The notes under the pieces: model-generated
Told to the model about the DNA's origin: nothing
The model's database searches: none
What the model saw: only the letters and a program-made list of their open reading frames with translations
In this document: piece by piece, positions 26,616 through 39,200 of the stretch
Layout of the letters: every line of letters begins with the position of its first letter
Numbering within the stretch: position 1 is the stretch's first letter
Made by a program: the position numbers and the translations under genes
Assembly (NCBI GenBank): GCA_039621445.1
Contig: CP154954.1
Span: forward strand, 41,657,572 to 41,721,571
Length of the DNA stretch: 64,000 bases
DNA from: Euglena gracilis
Lineage: Eukaryota
Direction of reading: 5' to 3'

Positions 26616-26890
26616 GCTCCGTCCTGTGGCGCGCCACTGTCCTCCCACAGGTGTGTACCACCCAGCGGCTCATGTCCGCCGGGGTGGCGGCCATGGGTCA
26701 CAAGCCCCTGCGCTTGAACACCTGGCGCTCCCCGCTGCGGTAGTGGGGGGCCCATTGGGAGAATCTGCTGTGGCATACCCGGTCGCCACCATGCAGTTTC
26801 TGCAACTGGTATGGCTCCAGACCCTGGGCAACACCTTTGCCATCTCAGGCTTCGTCCACCGGGAAATCGCCTGCCCGGGCCCAACCTGGG

Positions 26891-26989
26891 CAGGGTGGTG
26901 ACTGAAATTTCCGGCCCCTGAAATTTCACGAAATTTCACGATTTTTTTCCTTTTCTTTCCGACCACTTTTCACGAATGTCACCATCCTA
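26891..26989. mobile_element. 99-bp hAT-like MITE
   Basis: TIR cagggtggtgac/gtcaccatccta; TSD aacctggg. Confidence 0.85.
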
Positions 26990-27414
26990 AACCTGGGCAG
27001 AAACATCCTCCGCTCTGCGCTCTGCCCTCGCAGTGGGATGGCGTGTGGTGCGCAACCAGGCTTGCGCTCGTCCGGTCTGCAGCCTGGCCGCGCCTCTGCC
27101 CCGAGCAGGCCTACCCAGGACAGATTGTCCTCACGCCGGTTAATGACTTCCTCCCTCCGGGTGCCGTCTTCACAGATCACTCCTTAGCGTCCTCCGGGGG
27201 AGCCGCGGTCTGGGCCCCAGACACCGAGTCTGCCCTCACCTGTTCTGTTCCAGGTCCCTTGAGCTCCACCCTCTGCGAGTTGGTGGCCCTACGCACGGCG
27301 GCGGAGGCCTCCCCCCCGCACATCTTGACAGACTTACTGACCTCCCTCCAAACGCTGGCAGGGGGGAATCTCTTCTCCCTTCCGTGTGTCCTCCAGTCTC
27401 CCCTCATGTCCCTA

Positions 27415-27690
27415 CCGGGGGGGGGGGGGCAAAAATTTTGCTCTAGAGAAAATTTGCCAGACAAATTTTGCGGAAGCAAATCCCGCGAAATATTTCCAGA
27501 CATTTTTAAGGAATCCCGCGAAATTTTTGTCTATGTATTTCCTTTCAGGTGCTCAAGGCTTCCCTTTTTTGCTTCACAGAAATAAATCCCGCAAAATATT
27601 TCCGGGCATTTTTAAGGAATCCCACGAAATTTGTCATCCGCGAAATTTGTCGCCGCAAAATTTCTCTGGCACGAAATCCCCCCCCCCCCG
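27415..27690. mobile_element. TA-flanked MITE (CCGGGGG TIR) with CCGCGAAAT repeats
   Basis: ta|ccggggg...cccccgg|ta. Confidence 0.65.
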
Positions 27691-27716
27691 GTAGTGCGCC
27701 AGATCATCGCCGCAGC

Positions 27717-28263
27717 CAGGCTTGTGCTTAGTCGGGTGCCTACCCCACGGGAGGGGATGCTAAAGGCTAAAGGTGCCAAAGGCGCCGGGGGCCCGGAACA
27801 GGCTGTATTTTAGTCAGGTGCCGACCCCACCCCAGGGGGGGGGGTGCCTGCCTGGGCAGGCACTTCACTTCAAGGCCCTCCCGATCCCACCCCCCCGGGG
27901 GGGGGGGGTAGGGCACACGGCCCTACCTCAAGTGCCTAGCACAAGTGCCCTAGCACAGACCCGGCGCCAAAGGCGCGGGGAGCCAAAAATGGCCTATTTT
28001 CAAAGGAATGTGCCTGGGCACAGGCCAAAATCCGCCCCCCCCCCCCAGTGCCTGCCTGGTCAGGCACTCAAAAGCACTCCGGACCCCCCCCTCCCCCCCG
28101 GGGTTTGTAAAAAAACAGCCTGGCCCGGAAAAGGCCTTTTTCAATGAGAATTTTCTGGGTCCCCCCGGACCCCCCCCCCCCGGGGGTGTGCCTTCTTGGG
28201 GCAGGCACCCCATAGCACCCACCCACCCCCCCCCTCCCCCCCCGGTCGGTAAGCACAAGCCTG
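27717..28263. mobile_element. hAT-like MITE (CAGGCTTGTGCTTA family, long form)
   Basis: TIR caggcttgtgctta/taagcacaagcctg; TSD gccgcagc; excision restores IIAAA|SSLSTAPLLEKVRAH. Confidence 0.92.
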
Positions 28264-29593
28264 GCCGCAGCCTCCTCCCTCTCAACGGCGCCACTCCTGG
28301 AGAAGGTGCGGGCGCATGACACGGCCGCCATTGAGACCGGTCATCCCAAGGCAGTGGGGAACGACTCCGCCGATTTCTGGGCCAAGGAGGCTGCCCTTGG
28401 CCGGGCCGCATCAACGTGGTCTCCTCCCCCCCCATGCTTTGACGATCCCTTGCTCCTGCAAGACGCCTCAGGGTTGACGATCTACGACCTCCCCGCAGCG
28501 TTCGCCTGGGCCTGGTGGCTCAGGTGCCGGGTCTCCTGTGAGAAGCGCTCATCATTACGCCTCCTCATTTTGTTACCCGGCATCCACCCCAATCGCTGTT
28601 TCCCGGCAGGGTTGTTCGATTAATCGAAAGTCGATCAATCGGTCAAGACCCCCCCAATCATCGTTCATTCGTCCGGTGATCGATTAATCGATTTTCAATG
28701 CCGCACATCCCGATTTTTCCGCACTCCACACCGTATTTTTTGCACTTCCGGTCAACATTTTGCATTTTATCTCAAAAATGTTTGCACATGTTAAAAATTT
28801 GTTCACACTTTATCTCAAAAATGTTTGGCATTTTATCTCAAAAATATTTGCCTACGTTCCGAAATTTTTTGCACACGTATCGGGTGTTTTGCACTTTTGC
28901 CCTTAAAGTCCACGTCTTAGGTGCAGGGACTCAGGACAAGGTGTGCGTCTACGCCGCCGGACTTCAGGCACGAGGTCCGTGTCCTAAAACACAGTCTCCA
29001 TCCAAAATGCTGCGTCATGAATAATGATTTTGTTGGAACCCCCCAAAGCCGACCAAAATGGTTCAGAAAGCGGAAATGAATGGTTTGAAATGGAAATGCC
29101 ATTGCTCCAAAAGCGCATTGACCTCAGAATTTGTCCCACTTCATTCCAACCTTTGACAAATGAGTTACATTGGTTCGTTTCAAGCCGTTTTGAGCCGTTT
29201 TTCGAATACAAATCGTTGTAAATGGACAATACAACTCCAACGCCAACATGTGGTATAGAGAAAAATCAAAGACAGGAGTTCTTGGACATTCCCAAATACC
29301 AATTTGTGGTTTTGGAGTTTGCGCATTCATTCATGGTTGGGAAAAATCTTGACCATCACAAATGCACTGCTCAAAGAAGCGCATTGAGTGTTTGTTGCGC
29401 TCAATGTTAGAAAGGAGAGACATAGCGATGTGATGTAGTGTGATGATTTTTTGGCAAAGAAAAGCACTGCATATGTGGACAGCTTGCATCAAAACCCCAA
29501 ATATTTGCTTTTTTGGCTGGCCATTTCAGGCAGTTTTTTTTGCAATAATTTTTAGCATTTTTGGAATTTTTGGGGTCAATCCATGGTCATCAT

Positions 29594-29879
29594 CAGGGGT
29601 TTTTTTTTAGAACAGGGGGGGGGAGGGGGGGCCCCCCCCACCCCCCCCCCCCCTGGGGGCCCCCCCCCGGGGGGGGGGGGGTCCCGGAGGACCCACAAAA
29701 AATGGCCGAAAATCGCGAAAAGTGCTAAAAATAGCATTTTTTTTGGCGCCTGCGGCGCTGAAAAGTATATCCCACCCCCCTCCAAGGGGACCCCCCCCCA
29801 GGGGGGGGGCTCAGCCGGACCCACCCACCCTGCACCCCCCCTCCCCCCCCCCGGGGGTCCACGACTAAAAAAACCCCTG
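29594..29879. mobile_element. hAT-like MITE (CAGGGGTTTTTTT TIR)
   Basis: TIR caggggtttttttt/aaaaaaacccctg; TSD gtcatcat. Confidence 0.88.
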
Positions 29880-32081
29880 GTCATCATGGATTTTTTGATG
29901 TCGTGTTCAATCCATTGAGGCTTCATTTTGGGCAAATTTCTGGCAGATCGTCAATCATTTTTTGGGATGTTTTCAAATATTTTTAATAAGTTTAGGAAAT
30001 GCTGGGCCTTTTATGCCATTTTTCTGACCTTTTTTGAACTGTGTCCATCCATTTTGGCCATTTTGGCTGCTTGCACAAGGCCTCCCAGTTGGCTTTAGAC
30101 AAATAGGGTGTTCACCGACTCTCGATTTGCCCCCCTCCCCAAAATGTTCGTTCTTTGAGTGGCGTGGATTGAACACACAAGAAAATTCCAGTGTGTTTTT
30201 GGGGGGGGGTGAGGTCGTGTGGTGGGCCGACCCCAGGGTCTGCGCACAACACAGCCCGGATCTCCTCAATATTCTATTGGAGACCTTCCACCGCTGGGCG
30301 GCTGCCAGCGATATGGGCGTGCCGGTGGCGGGTATCCGACTGCCCTCCATCAGCTTCACGGACGATGTGGCCTTGATTGCCGCCTCGGCCACAGAAATGA
30401 CGGCCCTCATCCGAGCATGCCTCCAGCTGGGCGACCTGGACATTGTTTCCTCTTCAGGTTTTCGCTTTGTCGGTGTGGAGCTGGGCTTGCCAGAGCCCCA
30501 GGCCTCGGAGGTGCACTTCGCCCCTCGCCTGGGCAAGGCCTTGGAGACCCTGCGCCGGCTGAAGGCTCCCCCTGCCGTCCTCCCTGTGCTCCCTCCATAG
30601 TGGGCATTTTTTTTTAAAAAAAACAAAACAACGTGTTTTTTTTAAAAAAACCACTAAAAAAACATCAAAAAGCAAAAGGGAGATTTCATTCAGAAAACTC
30701 ATTATGAAACTCCCAAACCATATTTTGAATCCTACTCAGTTCAAAAGTGCCAAAAATGGTCGAAAACATCCAAAAAAGCAAAAAAATGCAATTTTATGAC
30801 TTTTTCCATTTTTTACAGGAGGTAGTTTTTGGCAAAATTGACCCAAAAGTTGCCAAAAATGACCGAAAATACACATTCAAAAAATTTTCTCTGCAAAACC
30901 TAGTGGGCGTTTTTTTTTTTTTTTTTTTTATATTAACATTGTTAGAAATAAAAAAAACAAAAAAACAACGTCAAAAAAAACAGGCGTGCCCACTATGGCT
31001 CCCTCCTGTGGCGCGCCACTGTCCTCCCACAGGTGTGTACCTCCGGGATCTCAAGCCGATGGCCCCCCAGCGGCTCATGTCCGCCGGGGTGGCGGCCATG
31101 GGTCACAAGCCCCTGCGCTTGAACACCTGGCGCTCCCCGCTGCGGCAGTGGGGGGCCCGTTGGGAGAATCTGCTGTGGCACACCCGGTCGCCCATGCGGT
31201 TTCTGCAATTGGTATGGCTCCAGACCCTGGGCAACACCTTTGCCATCTCAGGCTTCGTCCACCGGGCAATCGCCTGCCCGGGCCCAACCTGGGCAGGGTG
31301 GTGACTGAAATTTCCGGCCCCTGAAATTTCACGAAATTTCACGATTTTTTTCCTTTTCTTTCCGACCACTTTTCACGAATGTCATTATCCTAAACCTGGG
31401 CAGAAACATCCTCCGCTCTGCGCTCTGCCCTCGCAGTGGGATGGCGTGTGGTGCGCAACCAGGCTTGCGCTCGTCCGGTCTGCAGCCTGGCCGCGCCTCT
31501 GCCCCGAGCAGGCCTACCCAGGACAGATTGTCCTCACGCCGGTTAATGACTTCCTCCCTCCGGGTGCCGTCTTCACAGATGACTCCTTAGCGTCCTCCGG
31601 GGGAGCCGCGGTCTGGGCCCCAGACACCGAGTCTGCCCTCACCTGTTCTGTTCCAGGTCCCTTGAGCTCCACCCTCTGCGAGTTGGTGGCCTAGCACAGA
31701 CCCGGCGCCAAAGGCGCGGGGAGCCAAAAATGGCCTATTTTCAAAGGAATGTGCTTGGGCACAGGCCAAAATCCGACCCCCCCCAGTGCCTGCCTGGTCA
31801 GGCACTCAAAAGCACTCCGGACCCCCCCCTCCCCCCCGGGGTTGGTACCTCCCCCCCCCCAAGCCCAACGAACACCCTTGCCCAATGAACAGGGGGTGTT
31901 CGGACCGTCTAGATTGTCACCATATACTTTTTTTGCGTCGGCAAGAAAATATTCCTTTGTTGCTTGTCCTCTCCTTGCAGATGAGTTCCTCCCAGTTTTC
32001 TTTTGGTGATAATGTTCGCTACCGCCGTTCCGACGGCTCCTCAGTAGACGCTGTTGTGCTCGGTCCCTCGGAACGTGGGCC

Positions 32082-32317
32082 CAGGGCGGTGCTTAAAGGA
32101 CAGAATTTTTTTTTGTTTGCTTCAGGACCGCCCCCCTTTTGGCCAAGGCTCCGACAAAGTTCTGGACTGGGATTTGAACACATTTTTTGATGCGCTGGGT
32201 GGATGGATGGATCACTTTTTTTCCTGATGTCGACCTGTTGTCGCTGAAGAATGCCATTTACTTGTGTATTTTCATTGAATGTGCTGGGACAGCGGAGTTT
32301 TATAAAGGACCGCTCTG
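32082..32317. mobile_element. hAT-like MITE (CAGGGCGGT family) / candidate nonconventional intron 32079-32322
   Basis: TIR cagggcggtgctta/taaaggaccgctctg; TSD cgtgggcc; removal gives SERGP|QYIALRYNR in frame. Confidence 0.88.
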
Positions 32318-33903
32318 CGTGGGCCACAGTACATCGCCTTGCGCTACAACCGAGCGGGCAAGCTCGTGTACCATGACCGTGCCGAGGTGGCGGACGTCAC
32401 GAACCGTCCCCATCCTCCTGCTCCAGAGCGGAGGAGAAAGGCAAGCACTCCAGTGCCAGTGCAGCGCTACTCTCTGAAGGATTATTTTCAGATGGTGGAT
32501 CCCTTGTTGGGTAAATGGTCCAATAATTTTTATTTAGGCAACAAGTGCAGCGGCCAGTTCATCAACAACAGTCCCCCCTCCCGTGGAGGTGAACGTAAGG
32601 AAAAGAGCAAGAGGACGCGCGAGGAGAGAGAAATCCGGCCCCTTCGACAATCCCGAGATTTTGGATTCAAGTTGAAGGTTGTTGAATGTGCCGCTGCTTT
32701 TGGTGTGGATTTTATTTCCAATCCCTGGTTGTATGTCTGTTGTATTTACAGGCGTGCGTGCTGCTGCACGGAAGTTCAAAGTGTCTGTAGGATCGGTCGC
32801 AGATTGGAAGAGCAAGTGGGCTGAAATCAAAATCAAAGCGAAAGGCAAAGGTGCTTGTTTTGTTTGATTTATGTCCCAATGATATTTGCTATAGAGCGCA
32901 AAAAGAAGAGTTTGCACAAAGGAAAGCGATCCAAGTACCATTTCACGGAGAGGGTTTTGCAGAAGTGGATTCAATCCAAAAGAAACAAGCGCGTCACAGT
33001 CACCAAGCAGATGGTTATTGCAAAGGTGTTTTTTTCCTTTTACATTGGTCTTGTTTCTTTCTGTTCTTTGCTCACGCCAGGCAAAAGAGCTTCGCGGAGA
33101 AATTCGTGAGTTGGGCCCTGATCAACTCGCCCGCTGGTGGTGTGATTTCCGGCGAAGAAGGAGAATCACCACACGGAAGATTTCGTCCCTTCGGCGCATG
33201 CACGACGACGTTGTGTTGCCATTGGTGCAGCGTTACCGGTGTGATTTGTGTGATATTGTGGCAATGGCTAATCGGTTCATGATGATGATGATGTTCATGA
33301 TGTCGCACTCCATTGCATCCCGTTGCATTTCCAGTTTTTTTCCCCCGTTCTAGAGCCAACCTCCACCGCGCAGTCCGAGAGGGCAAAGTCCGTGTACTGG
33401 CCAACGCGGACGAGACTGCGGTCCCGTTGGAGCCGGTGCCAAACAGGATTTCATCTTTGCCTGGACTTTTCCTGGAGTTGGATGACTTGGTTGGATGGTC
33501 TTGATAATTCTGTCGCCTGTTTGCTCAAGATAAAGTTCTGTGGGGGAAGTACACGGTCGACTTGAAGGACGCCATCCGCACCCCGGTTCGTGTGAGAGGA
33601 CACTAGATTCACTTGGTACACATGGACCCCCTTGGTTGCATTTGGATGTAGGTGATGCCTGTTGGGTTTGGCTGATTGCCGCAGTGAATTTGTTAAGCCG
33701 ACGGTATCGGGACCATGTCACCGTCTACCTCAGTTTCTTGCTGGAGATTGCAGTTGGCACCGATGCTGACTCTGACCCTGCCGTTGTGTTTGGGCACGTT
33801 CACCGCCCCGCTCCTGTCATTGTGTGGAAAGGGCTTCACCGAGGGAAGGTCCACAGGGAGGTAAACTCTTTCAAGGCGAAGGGAATTGCCCAAGGAGTGG
33901 AAC

Positions 33904-34220
33904 CAGGCTTGTGCTTAGTCGGGTGCCTACCCCACGGGGGGGGGGGGGGGGTGCTAGGGGCAGGCACCCCATAGCACCCGATCCGCCCCCCCCCCGGGGG
34001 GGGGGTAGGGTTTCGGGGGGTGCCTGCCCCTAGCAGGCACCCCCCTCCGACCCCGGCGCCGAAGGCGCCGGGGGCCCGGAAACGGCCATTTTCAATGAAA
34101 ATTTTCTGGGTCCGGCCCGGACCCCTATCCCCCCCGGGGGGGGGGGTGTGCCTGCTAGGGGCAGGCACCCTATAGCACCCACCCCCCCCTCCCCCCCCCC
34201 GGTTGGTAAGCACAAGCATG
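33904..34220. mobile_element. hAT-like MITE (CAGGCTTGTGCTTA family)
   Basis: TIR caggcttgtgctta/taagcacaagcatg; TSD agtggaac. Confidence 0.92.
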
Positions 34221-34525
34221 AGTGGAACATGTTGTTACAGCGCGTGGCAAAACCACAGCTGTGGCAATGGTGGATCTGCTCAAAACCACCTTGCGCCCGT
34301 GCGAAAAATTTGCCGTTGCCAAGGTTGTACATGGTGGATGGGGCACCTTCGCATATGGTTCCAGATGTTTGCAAATTGCTCGCAGACCAAAACTGGGGCT
34401 TGTACATATCGCCACCCAATAGCACGGTTTATGCACAAGCCATGGACAAAGTTCACATAAATGCTAAGTTCCGCCGCGAAGTGGAGGAACGGTACTGCGC
34501 GTGGTTTGCAAAAGAGATTGAACAT

Positions 34526-35850
34526 CTGGAACCCCACCCCCCGTATCCAGGCATTACGTAAATTGGGCTGGTTTTTGATTCTTATCTCCAAACACTGTTT
34601 TTCCTCTTCTTTTTCCTCCCGGATAAAATTTTCCATTTCATCCTTGTCTTCGGCTGACCCGTGCTTACTTATGTCCCTTAGGGCCTGTGAAGCTGGGTAT
34701 GCCCACCGACTAAGGATATCGGCTATGGTGTTTTCTTTACCCGGGATATATCCCACCGTCAAATCATACTTGGAGAAAATTTGATGCCATCTCGCCCTCC
34801 TCCCCACCGGACCACTGGGGGTGTCTAGGACTTCCCTTGTCCAAGACTCCAAACTTTGGTGGTCGGTTAAAACCAAAACGGGTTGCAATCCAATCCAACT
34901 TTCCCATTTTTGTAGTGCCAAAATTATGGCGTACGTCTCCAACTCCCTGGGGGTCCATTTTCTTTGCCCCTCGGTCAATTTTCGAGACATAAAAGCCACT
35001 GGCACAGTTTTTTTCTCAATCACATCCTGGGCTGTGGGTCTTCCTCCCCCCTCCTTCATTTGCTCTAACGTTGCCCCCACGGCGTACCCACTGGCATCAA
35101 CCCTTAGCACAAAGGGTTTATCTGGGTCTACCGTTGCAACATTAGGCCCGAACACAACCTTTTTTTCAGCTCCTCAAAAGCTTTTAAATCCTCCCCATCA
35201 AATTCCACAGGTTTTCGACTTCCTTTCTTTCCCACCTCCCTGGGGACTTTCAATTTGTCTTGCAACCGGGCTGCTACTTCCGCATACATGTGAATGTATG
35301 CATTGTAATAATTTGTGAATCCCAAAAAGGCTCTCAAAGCCGTAATTGTTTTTGGAACCTCCCACTTTTCGATCGCTCGTAACTTACCCGGTGCAGGCCT
35401 CCTAGTCCCGTTTCCTAAAATTTGTCCACAAAATACGGCCTCCTCAACGAAAAGTTCGGCTTTGAATTCATCAGCCACCAAAAGTTCTGTTGTCAGCACC
35501 TCCAACACCCTTCTCAAATCTTTTTCGTGTGCCCCCACCAGGTCCTCCCCTTCCCCGACCGTTGTCCCCACCAGTATGTCGTCTATGTACCCTGTGGCGA
35601 TATCCCTTACTGGTGTCAAACGGTCATCGATCATTTGCTGAAATTGTTGGGGGGCATTTGTCAAACCCATCACGTTCACCCTCCACTGAAAAATGCCTTT
35701 GGGGGTAAGACAACACGTTATGGGTCGACTTTCTGGGTGTAAAGGTTGTTGGTGAAAAGCTTGCTTCAAATCGATGACCGAAAACATTTGGTTTGCACCA
35801 TGTTTGACCAAAATGTCTTCAATTTTGGGTAGGGGGTAGTTGCATCGCCT
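34526..35850 (-). pseudogene. Ty3/Gypsy pol fragment (RT plus RNase H), frameshift near 35130, no LTRs seen
   Basis: YPLPKIEDIL, FSVIDLKQAFHQ, MGLTNAP, YIDDIL, LRAFLGFTNYY, VDASGYAVGATLEQ, RELETYAI, LTDHQSL, ADILSR. Confidence 0.93.
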
Positions 35851-35867
35851 TGTTTGGCTGTTAGCCC

Positions 35868-36263
35868 CCCCCTATGTCCAACGACCAGTAACCTCTGTCC
35901 TCCGACCGGGGGGGTGGTCGTTGGACATAGGGTAGTGACCAAAAAGGTGTCCTCTGACCGGGGGGGTGGTCGTTGGACATGGGGTCAAAAAAAAGTTGGT
36001 GGGCACCCGCGTCCCTACCCACCCAAAAATGCCCCAATTTTCCCTTCCGGCGCTTCGCGCCGAAAATTTTGGGCAATTTTGACAAATTTTTGTCCAAAAA
36101 GTGTCAAAAATGGCATTTTGGCCAAATTTTTGGGCAATTTTTGGGCAAAATTTTTCGTCCCGGCGCTTCGCGCCGGGACCAAAAATTTGGTCAAACCTCC
36201 GAAAAGGTGTCCTCCGACCGGGGGGGTGGTCATTGGACATAGGGGGGTCGTTGGACATAGGGC
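35868..36263. mobile_element. MITE-like element with CCCTATGTCCAACGACC inverted ends
   Basis: Inverted ends and internal repeats of ggtcgttggacat; TSD not clear. Confidence 0.6.
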
Positions 36264-39200
36264 CTGCCCCCAGTTCATCCGCAACCTCTGATTCCTCCAT
36301 CTCTGACCTGTCGTCTGATTCAGAGGAAGGGGAGGAGGGAGAGGAAGGGGAGGAGCAGGACAGTGAAGTGGAAGTGGTGTGGGCAAAAGCAGCCAGAGGG
36401 GTCTGGGGGTTTTGCCACACCAAGGAGAATCAGCTCTACCTGACAAGAGAGCTCATCTGCCTCGCGGATGTCAAAAACCGGGTGCCGCAGGCACCCGGGG
36501 AATGATGCAAGAGGCAACGGCCAGGGAGGGAGCAAGGGAAGGATCAAAGGAGGGAGGTCGCCGCTCTGCAGTCTTTGTCACTTTCCGTTTCTAGCTTTCC
36601 GTTTGACTGTCTCAAAACAAACGGATATGCATTTGCTGTTCATTGTTGAGCGATCATGCGCGCACTGTTTATGCATGTTTCAAGGTTACTCTGAGAAGGT
36701 GACAGAATTAGTGAACACCCATGCCCAATGAACGCCCCCCGTTCGGACCGTCTAGATTGTCACCTTAGTGTTCGTTGGGCTTGGGGGGGGGAGGTAAAAA
36801 AACAGCCTGGCCCGGAAAAGGCCTTTTTCAATGAGAATTTTCTGGGTCCCCCTGGACCCCCCCCCCGGGGGTGTGCCTTCTTGGGGCAGGCACCCCATAG
36901 CACCCACCCCCCCCTCCCCCCCCCCGGTCGGTAAGCACAAGCCTGGCCGCAGCCTCCTCCCTCTCAACGGCGCCACTCCTGGAGAAGGTGCGGGCGCATG
37001 ACACGGCCGCCATTGAGACCGGTCATCCCAAGGCAGTGGGGAACGACTCCGCCGATTTCTGGGCCAAGGAGGCTGCCCTTGGCCGGGCCGCATCAACGTG
37101 GTCTCCTCCCCCCCCATGCTTTGACGATCCCTTGCTCCTGCAAGACGCCTCAGGGTTGACGATCTACGACCTCCCCGCAGCGTTCGCCTGGGCCTGGTGG
37201 CTCAGGTGCCGGGTCTCCTGTGAGAAGCGCTCATCATTACGCCTCCTCATTTTGTTACCCGGCATCCACCCCAATCGCTGTTTCCCGGCAGGGTTGTTCG
37301 ATTAATCGAAAGTCGATCAATCGGTCAAGACCCCCCCAATCATCGTTCATTCGTCCGGTGATCGATTAATCGATTTTCAATGCCGCACATCCCGATTTTT
37401 CCGCACTCCACACCGTATTTTTTTGCATTTCCGGTCAACATTTTGCACTTTATCTCAAAAATGTTTGCACATGTTAAAAATTTGTTCACACTTTATCTCA
37501 AAAATGTTTGGCATTTTATCTCAAAAATATTTGCCTACGTTCCGAAATTTTTTGCACACGTATCGGGTGTTTTGCACTTTTGCCCTTAAAGTCCACGTCT
37601 TAGGTGCAGGGACTCAGGACAAGGTGTGCGTCTACGCCGCCGGACTTCAGGCATGAGGTCCGTGTCCTAAAACACAGTCTCCATCCAAAATGCTGCGTCA
37701 TGAATAATGATTTTGTTGGAACCCCCCAAAGCCGACCAAAATGGTTCAGAAAGCGGAAATGAATGGTTTGAAATGGAAATGCCATTGCTCCAAAAGCGCA
37801 TTGACCTCAGAATTTGTCCCACTTCATTCCAACCTTTGACAAATGAGTTACATTGGTTCGTTTCAAGCCGTTTTGAGCCGTTTTTCGAATACAAATCGTT
37901 GTAAATGGACAATACAACTCCAACGCCAACATGTGGTAGAGAAATGATATAAAAAAGATGTCATAGAGAAAAATCAAAGACAGGAGTCCTTGGACATTCC
38001 CAAATACCAATTTGTGGTTTTGGAGTTTGCGCATTCATTCATGGTTGGGAAAAATCTTGACCATCACAAATGCACTGCTCAAAGAAGCGCATTGAGTGTT
38101 TGTTGCGCTCAATGTTAGAAAGGAGAGACATAGCGATGTGATGTAGTGTGATGATTTTTGGCAAAGAAAAACTGCATATGTGGACAGCTTGCATCAAAAC
38201 CCCAAATATTTTGCTTTTTTGGCTGGCCATTTCAGGCAGTTTTTTTTTGCAATAATTTTCAGCATTTTTGGAATTTTTGGGGTCAATCCATGGTCATCAT
38301 TGGGGTTTTTTTTTTAAAACCAGGGGGGGGCCCCCCCACCCACCCACCCCCTGGGGGGTCCCCCCGGGGGGGGGGGTCCCGGAGGACCCACAAAAAATGG
38401 CCGAAAATCGCGAAAAGTGCTAAAAATAGAAATTTTTTTGGCGCCTGCGGCGCTGAAAAGTATATCCCACCCCCCTCAAAGGGGACCCCCCCCCCCCGGG
38501 GGGGGTGTCATCCGGACCCACCCACACTGCCGCCCCCGGCCCCCCCCCCAGGGGTCCACGACTAAAAAATCCCTGGTCATCATGGATTTTTTGATGTCGT
38601 GTTCAATCCATTGAGGCTTCATTTTGGGCAAATTTCTGGCAGATCGTCAATCATTTTTTTGGGATGTTTTCAAATATTTTTAATAAGTTTAGGAAATGCT
38701 GGGCCTTTTATGTCATTTTTCTGACCTTTTTTGAACTGTGTCCATCCATTTTGGCCATTTTGGCTGCTTGCACAAGGCCTCCCAGTTGGCTTTAGACAAA
38801 TAGGGTGTTCACCGACTCTCGATTTGCCCCCCTCCCCAAAATGTTCGTTCTTTGAGTGGCGTGGATTGAACACACAAGAAAATTCCAGTGTGTTTTTGGG
38901 GGGGGGTGAGGTCGTGTGGTGGGCCGACCCCAGGGTCTGCGCACAACACAGCCCGGATCTCCTCAATATTCTATTGGAGACCTTCCACCGCTGGGCGGCT
39001 GCCAGCGATATGGGCGTGCCGGTGGCGGGTATCCGACTGCCCTCCATCAGCTTCGCGGACGATGTGGCCTTGATTGCCGCCTCGGCCACAGAAATGACGG
39101 CCCTCATCCGAGCATGCCTCCAGCTGGGCGACCTGGACATTGTTTCCTCTTCAGGTTTTCGCTTTGTCGGTGTGGAGCTGGGCTTGCCAGAGCCCCAGGC

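Larger units (their letters stand above)
25860..28606 (+). pseudogene. Degenerate non-LTR (LINE) RT-RNase H fragment, copy 1; further copies at about 30250-37290, 38950-41715 and 43360-46125
   Basis: SISFADDVALIA (RT motif; FTDD in copy 2), AVFTD(H/D)S, CELVAL, ILTD, KVRAH...GNDSADFWAK (RNase H); frameshifts and four MITE insertions. Confidence 0.85.
31981..36506 (+). pseudogene. Intron-containing pogo-type DD35D transposase (disrupted)
   Basis: ATG at 31981 after polypyrimidine-AG; GT-AG introns 32703-32751, 32851-32894, 33026-33080, 33239-33353 join in frame; Brinker/psq-like HTH (FKLKVVECA...AARKFKV...VADW), CENP-B-like HTH (KYHFTERVLQKWI...AKEL...WWCDFRRR), NADET, VDGAPSH-x-PPNST...QAMD with 35 residues between D2 and D3; acidic tail about 36270-36506; apparent frameshift near 33885; region 33450-33700 unresolved. 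Confidence 0.85.
31848..36794 (+). mobile_element. pogo-superfamily DNA transposon, 4.9 kb, TA TSD
   Basis: TIR cct(c)n-aagcccaacgaacac; TA duplicated; empty site gttggtaaaaaaacagcc in tandem copies 3 and 4; encodes a transposase. Confidence 0.92.

Noticed and set aside
25860-28606. Functional LINE-derived gene spliced by nonconventional introns
   Set aside because: Conserved motifs fall in different frames even after MITE removal (e.g. SLLWRATVLPQ is out of frame) and the RT N-terminus is missing; in-frame restoration here shows clean insertion, not splicing
28930-29420. hAT transposase remnant in the AT-rich part of the tandem unit
   Set aside because: No BED finger, DDE or dimerisation motif recognisable; no autonomous hAT element is seen anywhere in the window
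33693-34425. Minus-strand ORF that also rejoins in frame after MITE removal (NNMFHS|LGNSLRL)
   Set aside because: It is antisense to the pogo DDE domain and has no recognisable motif; any pre-existing open frame is restored by clean excision
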